Assembly (NCBI GenBank): GCA_032718475.1
Contig: JAUCBJ010007394.1
Span: 1-49,582 of the forward strand
Direction: 5' to 3'
Length of the DNA stretch: 49,582 nucleotides
From: Nemertoderma westbladi
Taxonomy: Eukaryota > Animalia > Xenacoelomorpha
The position numbers were made by a program, and so were the translations under genes. Below are positions 34,481 to 46,608 of the stretch, piece by piece. The notes under the pieces are model-generated. The model saw only the letters and a list, made by a program, of their open reading frames with translations, was not told where the DNA came from and made no database searches. Position 1 is the first letter of the stretch, and every line of letters begins with the position of its first letter.

Positions 34481-37400
34481 ACATACGGTATACAACGCAT
34501 ACGAATCGCGATTGGTACATACCTATACATATAGGACGTACAAAGATGGTTGGTTTGGTAGATAGCGGTTCAGATTTTACTATAATGGATATACGTAAAT
34601 TACCAAAGGATTGTGAACTGGGAGCCAGTAGTATACCATCTATTAAGGGTGTAGGAGGGTTAATGCCAGTATTAGGTGAAGTGCATCTACCGATTGTTAT
34701 TACGTCAGACTTTAAAGTAGACATATTAGTGTATATTGGCGACTTACAGAAAATTGATGGTTCTGAAATTATTTTTGGTAAAGATTTTATCTACCAAGCC
34801 TGTACCTCGTTTGATTTAGTAAAGCAATGTATGATTTTACGGAATAACGAGTGTGTTTATTTTTGTAGTCCACCGACTCAGGTTATATCTAACTCAACCA
34901 CAGAACACTATACTCGCCGTATAATTATGTCAGAAAAGAGGGTTACAATACCACCAGATTCACAGGCATATATTACAGGTTGTTTGAAGGGAAAGGGAAG
35001 TAATTGTAGCTTCCCAGCAGGACCAGTTTATATTGAACCTCTGTATCAGTCGAATACTCAAACCCTACTAGCACGTTGTATTATAGATCCAATTGATAGA
35101 GAACGTGTTACATTACAAGTTTTAAACCCAAACAATTCACCAGTTACTGTTTTTAAGAACCAGAAGGTAGCATCATACTGTGACGTCACTAATTATACCT
35201 TGCGTACTTTAGAAAGTAGGGCTATCAGTACAGATAGTGTAGTTAATGATGTCAATGGTAAACAGATATTTTTACGTGAAGAATTAAAATTAGACCATTT
35301 AGACTCTGATAAACAAGCTGATGTATTGGACATTGTTGGACAGAATCCCCATTCATTTTCTTACAATGATTATGACATAGGACGGACTACACTGTTACAA
35401 CATTCTATACCTTTGAAACCTGATGCTAAACCGATGTAAAGCCTTATCCAATACCCGTAGCCATACGTCCAGAACTGAGAGAACGGTTAAGTAATTTACA
35501 ACGTGTAGGAGTTATACAGCCGAGTACCAGTGAATGGTCTTCTCCTCTTATTATTGTTAAGGCACCTAATAAGCCATGGCGCTTAGCTATAGACTATAGG
35601 GGACTTAATTCAGTAGCGGTTCCTCAATTTTGGCCATTACCTAATATTGATTACATGTTAGCAGAAGTTGGTGCTGCCAGACCAGAATATTTCAGTGCGT
35701 TGGATTTTAAATCCATGTTTTGGCAAGTAGAGATTAATCCGGAGGATTATGCGAAGACCGCCTTTCATACTCAGTGGGGAAACTTTGAGTTTCGTAGAAT
35801 GCCGTTTGGGCTTCAGTCATCACCCAGTACGTGTCAGAGATTAATGCAACTAGGATTAGAAGGGATAGCATGTGCTTTAGTGTACATGGATGACCTGATA
35901 TTGTATTCTAGAACGTTGGAACAGCACATAGAACTCATAGATATAGTACTACGGCGTATAAGTGAGTTAGGTCTCAAATTGAAACCATCTAAATGTTGTT
36001 TTGGAGCGAGTTCAATACACTTCCTAGGACACATTATTGATCGGGATGGTATACATACTGACCCTAAGAAAATAAGTACGATGGTCGATTTCCCCAGACC
36101 TACTTGTGTGAAGGACTTACAGAGTTTTCTGGGGCTGTGTGGATACTACAGGAAGTTTGTGAGAGATTATGGCAAATTAGTACAACCATTGTATGGCCTA
36201 ACTAAAGTAGGAGTGCCGTTTTACTGGAATGCAGATTGTGAACAAGCTTTTCTAGAACTCAAGAATCGACTCGTTTCATCGCCAATTTTATCCCACCCTG
36301 ACTTTGAACGAGAGTTTACCTTAGAAACTGATGCCAGTGGATCTGGACTTGGCGCGATACTTTGCCAAGACGATAAGGTTATAGCTTATGCTTCGCGTTC
36401 CCTGACTTGTGCTGAAGCTAAGTGGTCGATTACGGAATTAGAGGGATTAGCAGTAGTTTGGGCCGTAGCTAAGTTTCGTTTTTATTTATTGGGTCGGCAT
36501 TTTAAAGTGATTTCAGATCATAACCCCCTGCGATGCTTGTCTTGGGTTGGTGTCAATCGCCATATTACGGGTCGTCTCCAAAGGTGGGCACTGAAACTGT
36601 CAGAATACGATTATACTTTTATTTATAAGCCCGGAAAGTTTAACAGGGCTGATTGCTTATCCCGAATAAAAGTCGAACATCCTCTAGATACGACTAACAC
36701 TGTAAACAATCACAGTAACGAACTCGATGTTGAACCATTTTGTTTAATTAATGTTCCTGTAATAAACCCTGTAGACTCTACAGACGTGACTGGAGACACA
36801 GACAATTTGATGAATAACCAATCTAATGTAGTGAATGTAGATACCGATGAACTACAAGGTCTTGTAGACTTATTTAGTTGCAATGGAACGGATTCGAAGG
36901 TTTGTAACCATGACTACCAGGATAAACAGAGTTCAGTAGCAAATGACGATGATGGATGTTCATCTTACCGTGCTCCAGACACCTCAATACATGTAGATAG
37001 TTTCGCAGACGTTCAGTCTTCCTTACCTGTGTTACCTAGCAATGTGGAGTTTTGTAGTTTGTCCAGACTACGTAAACTGCAGTTGGAAGATTCAAATATT
37101 AAGGTGATGGTAGAATATTTACAAACGGGAAATAAACCAGAATTTAATCGTAAGATCTCTGAGTGTAAGAATATGGTAAAGTTACATACACAATATGTAT
37201 TAGTAGATGGTATTCTATGTCACGTCTCGGATTGTAAGACAAATAAGACAATACAAGTAGTAGTACCTAAGTTACTACGTAGACAGGTACTACTTCAGTT
37301 CCATGACCTCAGGTCACACTTAGGAATTAATAAGACGTTGAATGACATTAAAGTAAAATTTTATTGGGTAAATCTCCGGGAGGATGTAGCGCGGTACATA

Positions 37401-38376
37401 CATAGTTGTGATCCTTGTCAACGACGTAAAGGATCTACTAATATTCAACCATTAACTAGTTTACCAGCCCCCACCCGAGTTATGGAAAGATTGTCTATTG
37501 ATATCGTGAAAGGGTTTCCCACTAGTCCAACTGGTAATAAACTTGTTTTCACTATTACAGAACATTTAACCCGATATGTTGAACTATTACCTGTCCCTGA
37601 CGAACAGGCTGAAACTTTAGCCCGGGAATTGGTAAATAAAATATTTTGTGTATACGGTGCAGCTGAGATTATTTTATCGGATAGAGGTCCAAGTTTTACT
37701 TCGTCACTTTTCTCGGAACTGGAAAAAAATATTTGGCATTGTTCGTGTGTTAACTTCAGCGTACCACCCACAATGCAATGGTCTTACAGAAAGGGTCAAC
37801 CAATCCATGTGTAATATGTTAGCACTGACAGTTCGTAACCATGACAACTGGGAAGAAATGCTTCCCCTAGTACAATTTAATTATAACACTAGCGTACATT
37901 CTAGTATAGGGATGGCACCATTTACGTTGATGTTTGGTAGGGAGGCTCGTCTACCAATAGATACTCGTATTGAGCGGCCTTATAGTTTGTTGGCTGACAC
38001 AGCGACATACCCTGACGAATTACGTAAGAACTTACAAAATGCCCACAAGTTAGTTAGAGAACAACTAAGTAAAGCACAGAATAAACAAAAACGCCTCAAC
38101 GATCGTAAAGTGAAACAAAATTTGCAATCATTTGTGACAGGCGATAAAGTATTATATTTTGATCGACGCGTTAAGCGCAAGAATAATAAGTTGCGGTTCC
38201 GTTTTACCGGACCCTATGTAGTGCTCCGTAAGCGTTCGCAGTTTTCATATGAATTACGTCCTGTACGGAAACGAGTTACACCACGAACTCCAGTGTTGGT
38301 AGTGAACGCGAAAGATTTAAAGTTATATCAAGTGCGTTCATCCGCTTGTGAAAGTAATAACCAATGGACAAAGTGA
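34481..38376 (+). pseudogene. Gypsy pol (protease, RT, RNase H, integrase) with frameshifts near 35435 and in the A7 run at 37723-37729
   Basis: LVDSGS (PR). WSSPLIIV...WRLAIDYRGLN in the shifted frame. RMPFGL and YMDD (RT). LETDASG (RH). H..SHLG...CDPC, LSIDI, ILSDRG, YHPQCNGLTER and FTGPY (IN). Confidence 0.93.
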
Positions 38377-39266
38377 TGTCGACACACCTTAGTGTACAGT
38401 AGTACATACAGTAAGGTATACGTATATACAGTTGAACAGTGACTGATGATATTTACATAAACCAACAAACTATATGCAATATGCACTACCGTATGCAGTT
38501 TAGATCCTACTAAACATTTTGTAGGTTATTATTGCACGGTCAGTATATTATTGGTATGTATACTTGTTACTATTTAGATTAGACATATTTAGTGTTTTAT
38601 TTTATGAATGTAAATTAAACTATAAATTTTTGCTGTTCCCATTTCACCCTCTTTGTTGTCGCAGAAAAATAACTATTTAGCGGAACCGAATCCTTTAATC
38701 TCATTTGGTAGTAAATGTGGTGTTGTTTTACATTTGAATAAATGTACAGAATGTATTTTATTTTTGGATACCATAAGTTTATTGATATGTTTATTCATTC
38801 TGTAGAGACTTATTTTGTGTCTGTTTATTTCATAGAAAACTCGCCAATTGGCTATTTTGTTTGCATTGGGCGCCAAGGGAGGTCTTGAAGGTCTGTTCCT
38901 ATTGGTTATTAACTTTTTTATTAAATAATATTTGCCTATTGGCTATCATTCTGCATTGCATGTATTAATTGTTGTCTAATGACTGTCATATTCAGTAAAT
39001 TTAATTGCCTATTGGCTAAGCTACTGTAGCTGAAATTAATAACTACTTAATTCATATTGCAGTTGGTATTGGCAACTGGTAGTTGGAATGGGAATTCACA
39101 TTTCCTGTACATAAATAAATAAAGTGTACCAAGTGTGTTGGATTTTAACTAATTCTATATTCATATATTTTGTAGGTATTTTTACATTATTATTGTGCTG
39201 ATTTTATTTAGATTCGGTTCTGCAAAATATTTTTATCAAACCACTCGGCACGAGTGGTTTCCTTTC

Positions 39267-39277
39267 GTGGGGGGGAT
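39267..39277 (+). promoter_or_regulatory. Polypurine tract
   Basis: G-run just before the 3' LTR, preceded by a perfect 10-bp hairpin AAACCACTCG-GCA-CGAGTGGTTT (39238-39260). Confidence 0.75.
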
Positions 39278-39278
39278 T

Positions 39279-39764
39279 TGTGGTGATCAGCAGCAAGGAC
39301 ATACAAAATATGAAACACAACAATATCAAATTACAAAAAACGTTATAAATAATATAACGCCATCTAGGGAAGTTTACAGGAAACAACAAAATTGCGTTAG
39401 AATAATCCTGACCGCTGATTGGAGGATAACAAAGAGGGATAGATAGGTAGGATAATACCGGTAAGTAAGTAATATATCAAGATATGGTCAGTACAATACA
39501 GTATCTACAGTAGTAGTTTAGATTCGTGTTTCTTTTTGGATGTCTGACATCTGACTGTCTGATGTATGTACAGATGTATTTTGATTTATCTGTTTTGATT
39601 AGATTTATCTGCAGTATTATGTTCTGATGTTATGAACTAACAAACTAATCGTTTTAGCCAGCCTGCCAGTTAACGGCAGATTTTCTTCAGGGAAACCAGA
39701 AAAACTAAGTGGTAGATTGCCACGGAACCCGGGTTCGACCTTATCCTGTTATCCAGCTTTCACA
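39279..39764 (+). repeat. 3' LTR (486 bp)
   Basis: TGTGGTGATC...CTTTCACA, direct repeat of the 5' LTR. Confidence 0.96.
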
Positions 39765-40600
39765 TTTCGTTTTGGCACAAATGCTTTAACCTTTTATCTG
39801 CCAATGTTCCCATATGGGAACATGTACTTGTTGCTAAAAAATAAGTACTATAATATATAATATTCTTCTTAACTTGCAATATGGGACAACATAATAAATG
39901 TTTTGTCAGATTAACTGAAAATTTACCAATGATTGACAAAATTTTCGGAACAGTGGACCTCTACTTTCATGCAAAAATATGAATTTTGAACGGGATAATA
40001 TATTTGCATGAAATATACAAATAACATAGAGTTATTGTAGTAGAAAGTCCTCAAATGTTGAATCAAGTAATTTATTTGTTGTTTAAAACAATATATATGA
40101 ATGTGCAATGATTTTATGAGATACTGTACACATCTTTTTACCTCATGTTCCCATATGGGAACATTGGCCAAATGAGAGACCTAAGTAGGCCCATTGCTGC
40201 ATAACAGTACAGCGCGTATTTCTAACCCTATAATTCTACAAGTAGTATCATATTTCTGCATTCTTGATCAATTCTGCATTCTACATAGTGTTAGACCGGA
40301 GCTCTGGCTCCGGTCCGGATCCGGCCTGGAAAATGGTGCTCCGGTTCCGGTCCGGCTCCGGCAAAAATGAGACCGGAGGACCGGAGCTCCAGTATAAAAC
40401 TGTAAAAAAGACAGACGGAGACACACAATGCACAATGTACATTGCACAATCAGTTGTCCACAGTCACAATCATCTAGGCCATCATACATCATATAGCTAC
40501 ACTGCCTACTGCTGTACTGGCCTACCAGGTGCCAGTCTGAGGCTACAAAGACAGGCCAGGCAGCAGTCAGTACACTAGTACCTACAGTACTGCTATGCAG

Positions 40601-42000
40601 CTCATAATATGTAAGTTCAAGTTCTAAAGTACACTGCACATCACACTACTGCATACTTCACTTACCTACTAAGTTACTCATAATAAGTAAGTTCTAAAGT
40701 ACACTACACAGCACACTACTGCATACTTACCTACTAAGTTACTCATAATAAGTAAGTTCTAAAATACACTAAACAGCACACTACTACATACTTACCTACT
40801 AAGTTACTCATAATAAGTAAGTTCTAAAGTACACTACACAGCACACTACTGCATACTTACCTACTAAGTTACTCATAATAAGTAAGTTCAAGTTCTAAAG
40901 TACACTACACAGCACACTACTGCATACTTACCTACTAAGTTACTCATAATAAGTAAGTTCTAAAGTACACTACACAGCACACTACTGCATACTTACCTAC
41001 TAAGTTACTCATAATAAGTATAATAAGTTAGTTCAAGTTCTAAAGTACACTACACATCACACTACTGCATACTTACCTACTAAGTTACTCATAATAAGTA
41101 AGTTCAAGTTCTAAAGTACACTACACAGCACACTACTGCATACTTCACTTACCTACTAAGTTACTCATAATAAGTAAGTTCTAAAGTACACTACACAGCA
41201 CACTACTGCATATTTAATATTTTTAATTCAGTAATGGGAATTGCTATTCTTTCGGTATTGGTTGGGCAGTGCCTGAGTGTATCTTTTTTTTTGTTTTTTT
41301 TGTATAATATTGTGCTTTCAAATTGAAAATGCGGTACCTTGGATATCGATTTAATTTAGTATTCTACAGTCGGGGTCTCAAATATTCAATGTATCCTTGT
41401 GCATTTAGGTATTAATTGTGCTACAGTATGCTGTTAAATTTGGTAGAATTAATCTGTACAGTATGTTTTATGGGCTCTGCCCGATGAATAAACTTGAAAT
41501 TGAAATTGAAAATACTTACCTACTAAGTTACTCATAATAAGTAAGTTCAAGTTCTAAAGTACACTACACAGCACACTACTGCATACTTACCTACTAAGTT
41601 ACTCATAATAAGTAAGTTCTAAAGTACACTACACAGCACACTACTGCATACTTACCTACTAAGTTACTCATAATAAGTAAGTTCTAAAGTAAACTACACA
41701 GCACACTACTGCATACTTACCTACTAAGTTACTCATAATAAGTAAGTTCTAAAGTAAACTACACAGCACACTACTGCATACTTACCTACTAAGTTACTCA
41801 TAATAAGTAAGTTCTAAAATACACTAAACAGCACACTACTGCATACTTACCTACTAAGTTACTCATAATAAGTAAGTTCTAAAGTAAACTACACAGCACA
41901 CTACTGCATACTTACCTACTAAGTTACTCATAATAAGTAAGTTCTAAAGTAAACTGCACAGCACACTACTGCATACTTACCTACTAAGTTACTCATAATA
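40601..42000. repeat. 65-bp minisatellite (some 69-75 bp variants), about 16 copies, interrupted once
   Basis: Unit AAGTTCTAAAGTACACTACACAGCACACTACTGCATACTTACCTACTAAGTTACTCATAATAAGT. Confidence 0.96.
41213..41511 (+). mobile_element. About 300-bp insertion, probably the 3' UTR of a CR1/L2-type LINE
   Basis: Splits one minisatellite unit with an ATA duplication. Ends AATAAAC followed by (TTGAAA)3, a poly(A) signal plus short-repeat tail typical of CR1/L2. Confidence 0.6.
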
Positions 42001-42747
42001 TATAACTATGCTGTTTATTTAAAATGTTATAAATATTTACTTTGTCTGTTTAATGGCCAATGTTCCCATATGGGAACATACGCTCCCTGAGTCAAAGAGT
42101 GGGTAGTTTTGAAAAAATCGTTCTGATCCTATCATACCCAACGAATCTAAAGTCAAAAACATGATAAAGTTATAATTTTTAAAAAAATTTCGAGGGGTGG
42201 CAGGTAAAAGGTTAAAGGGACTAACCAAAGCAGGGCGCATATTTGCTTTGTTAATTAACAAAGCAGTCAAGTTAAAATGCAAGAAAATCAATACAAATCA
42301 TTAGTGTATACAGAAGAGTAATTTAAATGGTCGTTAAATGAGTACTGGCACCAGTTATCTTTTTGCCTGTAAGGAGTATAGTTCGGTGGGGTCTATACTG
42401 GAAATGAGTCGTAAGGACGACCGAATCTGTGCAACTACTGTAGATTTTTTTCATTATCTATTTAATAAATTGTTGCAGAAATTACAGTACGTTATTTTAT
42501 TTTCTTCAATACTAGGCTCTTTTCACTGATAAATTAATAAAGATAAGCCAACTTTACTATGGATATTCATAATAATAATACGATATGTTGGTATTTTTAA
42601 AAACACTAGCTACTGTACCATTTTTATGAATACACTAACTACCATTGAAAACACTAGCTACCATAAAAATTAAACATGTACCGAGTCGGAAATATGTTCC
42701 AGAACATAAATCAACAGCAGAAACAGCTATAAAACAGTACTGTACTG

Positions 42748-44372
42748 TACTCCCAGATATTCCCATTGGTGATATCTCCTTTGCAGAAGTGAAGGCTGCT
42801 GCTAAGAGCATTACGACCAATCGTGCCAGTGGAGTAGATGGTGTTCCCCCAGAGGTCTTTAAAATACCTGAGTGTTTAAAGCTCATCTATCCCATCATAG
42901 TAGACATGTCCCGTACAACAAGAGTCCCACAAGAAATGAAAACAAATAAGTTGGTGCCAGTTCCCAAGAAGGGCAACCTAACACTCTATGGTTCTTTTCG
43001 GGGAATCTCATTGATCTCGATTGCTGCAAAGCTATACAATAGAATTCTATTAAATCGCATCAGGGATCCCATTGAGAGACTGCTCCGTGGAAATCAGAAT
43101 TGGTTCCGTAAAGGTCGTGGGACCATGGAGCCCATTTTGGCACTTAGAAGGATAATTGAAGAGTTATCAAAAAAGAAAGACAGGCATCTGGCTGTTATCT
43201 TTGTTGACTTCTTCAAGGCCTTTGATTCTGTCTCTCGCTCACGTATGTTCAGCATACTTTCATTATATGGGATTCCTGATGAAATTATTGCAGCAATCAG
43301 ATCAGTATACGATGGTTCGACAACATTTGTGTCTACTGTTGACGGTGACACAGAACCATTTGAAGTGTTATGGGGCGTCCTCCAGGGAGACACACTTGCA
43401 CAATTCTTGTTCATAATTGTTGTTGACTATGTTCTACGCATTTCCTTAGATCATCATAATGATGATGGGGTGATGATAACTCCACCTACTGGCTCCAGAA
43501 GTCGAGGAAATCCTGCCAAGTACCTAACTGATCTAGACTTTGCTGATGACTTAGGAGTACTTTCAGAATCACTAGAGGGAGCCCAACGGCTCCTCAGCTC
43601 ATTAGAACATGCTGCTTCTAGTGTTGGTCTTTTTATTAACTCCAGAAAGACCAAAATTTTGACAGTTAACTTTGAAAGTCCTCAGCAAGTCTCTGATCGG
43701 ATGAGCATAAGCTCAAAAGATGGTATGCTTGAGCATGTGGATGACTTATGTTACCTGGGATCATGGATCCGGAAGTCAGGTGAGGACCTTCGAATACGTA
43801 AGGGAAAGGCATGGGCAGCCTTGAATAGGCTTTCCAGGATTTGGAAGTCACCGAGAATTAATCGGAAACTTAAGGTCCGGTTATTTAGAGCAGCAGTAGT
43901 TCGTTCCAGTACTCCTCTATGGGAGTCCATGCTGGGCTCTAACTGCTGAGGACACCAAATCTCTGGATGGCACATTCACAAGAATGCTACGCCGGGTTCA
44001 TTGTGTCAAGTACAATGCACACATCTCCAACCAGACACTATATAACATTGGAGATGTCTCATTGGTTCCCCCAAGCTTGACACTAGAACAAAATCGCCTC
44101 CGCTTTGCAGGACATTGCTTTCGCCGTGAGGACCAGCCAGTGCATAATCTTGTACTTTGGCAGCCTCATGGAGTGAATAAGCATGGTGGACAGCCCATGA
44201 CTTTCTTGAGTCGCATCTTAAAGGACACTGGCCTTGAAGATGCGGATGATCTAGCAATTGTCATGGGTGATAGGGAGTTGTGGCGGTGCAATTTTGTCGA
44301 TACGTCGGCACAGCATTCTTAAAAAAGCAGCTGCAATGCAGCATGCCGATCCTAGTAGTAGTAGTAGTAGTA
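42748..44372 (+). mobile_element. RTE-like LINE, 5'-truncated (RT domain and 3' end), frameshift near 43905
   Basis: RASGVDGVPPE, PVPKKG...FRGISL, VDFFKAFDSV, GVLQGDTL, LDFADD and YLGS. The frame resumes as VLLYG..W and RLRFAGHCFR. Ends in a (TAG)6 tail. No endonuclease domain. The 5' boundary is approximate. Confidence 0.92.
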
Positions 44373-44635
44373 AAATTTAATTAAATTAATAAGATGGCAA
44401 ATAACGAAAAGATCTTAAGTTTTTTATGCCGTTTCTATCTAATTTAATGATGCTCGCATGGCTTTTGGTGAGGTCAGTTTGTAATAAGAGTTATCATTCT
44501 TACGAATACTGGAGTAGAATTTAAAGTGTCAATCTGTCAATCTTATTGAGATGGTCATTTTGCTTAATGTGAAATATTTAGCTATAGTACATTATTAAAA
44601 GAAACCGAGCAAGTTTAGTATATTATTGTCTATAT

Positions 44636-44860
44636 CACTGAGGCACTGATGCATACTATGCCTCACTGAGGCACTGAGGCATAGACTATGACTCAGCCTC
44701 AGTGAGGCATAGTCTATGCCTCAGTGAGGCATAGTCTATGCCTCAGTGCCTCAGTGAGGCATAGTCTATGCCTCAGTAAGGCATAGTCTATGCCTCAGTG
44801 CCTCAGTGAGGCATAGTCTATACCTCAGTGAGGCATAGTCTTTGCCTCACTGAGGCATAG
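44636..44860. repeat. Tandem array of palindromic 22-bp units TGAGGCATAGTCTATGCCTCAG with 8-bp sub-repeats
   Basis: Direct reading. Each unit is a 10-bp inverted repeat around one base. Confidence 0.9.
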
Positions 44861-44885
44861 CCTGTTACTGTTCAAAGGTTACTGT

Positions 44886-44960
44886 TCCACCTTGGTGTAG
44901 TGGTTGCGTTGAATTCACATCTCCCGTATGTCATGGGTTCGATCCCTGCATGAACCACGG
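44886..44960 (+). mobile_element. tRNA-derived SINE head or tRNA pseudogene
   Basis: A-box-like TGGTGTAGTGG (44893-44903) and B-box GGTTCGATCCC (44936-44946) at tRNA-like spacing. No clean cloverleaf. Confidence 0.55.
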
Positions 44961-45870
44961 CAGTTTTCGTTCGGTCAGCAATAGGCCTAACTTTGCAAAA
45001 TGCAGTATTACTGCCTAGTAACCAATTCATGGTTACTATATGGTTTTCACTTTGAAACCTTTCGCCCTCTAGCGGCAGACTGAGGAACTTCAGACTACTC
45101 TGTGACTCTGCAAAAGATATAGCCCATATTGTAATAGATACCGATTGGGGGGTCAAAATTAAGTAATAATATATCTAAATAAGTCTCAAACATCTTGCCT
45201 CATGGCTCGCCTCTTAGAACTCTTAAGCAATATAACTTCATAGTTTTGCGGATTGTAAATAACAAAGCTAGAGAAGATGTAAATTTTCAAATAATACGCC
45301 CTCTAGCGGCAGACAGGGGTACTTCAGTCTACTCTATGACTCCGCAAAAGATATACGCCTATGCCGTAGTAGATGCCTACCGAGTTTAAACCTATACGGA
45401 ATGAAAATAACAAAGTTAGAGAAGATGTTAATTTTCAGATAATACGCCATCTAGCGGCAGACTATAGAACTGCAGACGGCTGGATATAGGTAAGAGTAAT
45501 TAGTGATCAGAGGTGTCACGATAGGGGGTGGGGGGGGGGGGCGCTTGGATACAACTATTATTAATAAGCTGTTGCTTGGTTAAAGCTAATTGGGGGTCAA
45601 AGGTCAACGATAAAGCTGTCTGGATATAGATAAGAGTAATTAATTACCTAATTAATATTAAAATAGAAATCAATGTATAAAGTAAAAGTAATACGATTAA
45701 TTATTTTAAAATAAAGTACAAATATATAGTTAATTTAAAATTAAATACAAATAAATAAAGTAAAATTAAATACAATTAAATAAAATTAAAATTAAATATA
45801 AATAAATAAGTATTAATAAATAAAAGAGCTGCGGTGTCACTTATGACACCCTCTTGGGCCTCTAGGTGTA

Positions 45871-46115
45871 CAGTTAGACATCACTGACACCATTGCGTAT
45901 CGGATTGATTAATTAGGATAATCAATTAAACCCTAATTAGGAGTCGTAAGACATCTATTAGGGTTTAATTGTACTAAGTAATTGATGACACCTGTCAATT
46001 AGGGTCTAATTAGCCTAATTAGAAGGTTCACTCAGACAGTCTGGCGCCAATGACACCCATAGATGTCATTGGGTGTCACCCAGACAGTCTGGCGCCAGTC
46101 AGTTAGGTCTAACTG
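45871..46115. mobile_element. Putative Tc1/mariner-type MITE
   Basis: TIR CAGTTAGACATCACTGAC / GTCAGTTAGGTCTAACTG (2 mismatches). TA on the left only. Internal GACACC/GGTGTC and CAGACAGTCTGGCGCCA repeats. Confidence 0.45.
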
Positions 46116-46608
46116 TCACAAAGCCGCCCAAGACTATACTACTTAGGAACAGTTTATTCTTGAACAATAAGTAATAGTTCATGTAATATAACATACCCTA
46201 ATATCTTTCAGTGTTGCTTATAGATTAACTAAGATATTTAGTCCATAGTTTTTTTTAAGGTGTAGTGCAATATGACGACCAAATATTAACTACAGATTTA
46301 TTTGTGATAAACGGTTCACTTGAGGCCAGACTTTGGGGCATTACCTGATTTTCTTTCTGCTACTTTCTTTTATTTCTTAATAATATTTGAATATATGTGA
46401 AGATCAAGACGAACACAGTTAGTTTTGCCAAAGCTCCCTTTAATTTTAAAATTATAGTTATAACATAAACAACTTATCTAAATTAAACTATAATGATAGA
46501 CACAAACACAATAATATCAATAATGTTTAGATTCCCTGTTTTTATTCCGTAATTGACTGGGATACTGTTCAACCACATTCACTGTGATTCGATGATGAGC
46601 CTGTCTCA

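Larger units (their letters stand above)
31855..39764 (+). mobile_element. Ty3/Gypsy LTR retrotransposon, full length but coding-defective
   Basis: TG...CA LTRs, 4-bp TSD TTTC (31851-31854, 39765-39768), PBS, PPT and gag-PR-RT-RH-IN domain order. Confidence 0.97.
39790..42211. mobile_element. piggyBac-like non-autonomous element (2422 bp) carrying a minisatellite
   Basis: TTAA at 39786-39789 and 42212-42215. TIR CCTTTTATCTGCCA / TGGCAGGTAAAAGG (1 mismatch). Perfect palindrome TGTTCCCATATGGGAACA at 39805, 40146 and 42061. Confidence 0.8.

Noticed and set aside
38377-39266. env-like third ORF
   Set aside because: No long plus-strand ORF; AT-rich non-coding sequence.
44886-44960. Functional tRNA gene
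   Set aside because: A and B boxes are present but acceptor and anticodon stems do not pair convincingly.
46340-46440. Possible small downstream exon encoding a hydrophobic tail (ALAKLTVFVLIFTYIQILLRNKRK)
   Set aside because: No supported donor in the large ORF, which already ends in TAA TGA with a nearby AATAAA; hydrophobic translations are common in AT-rich DNA.
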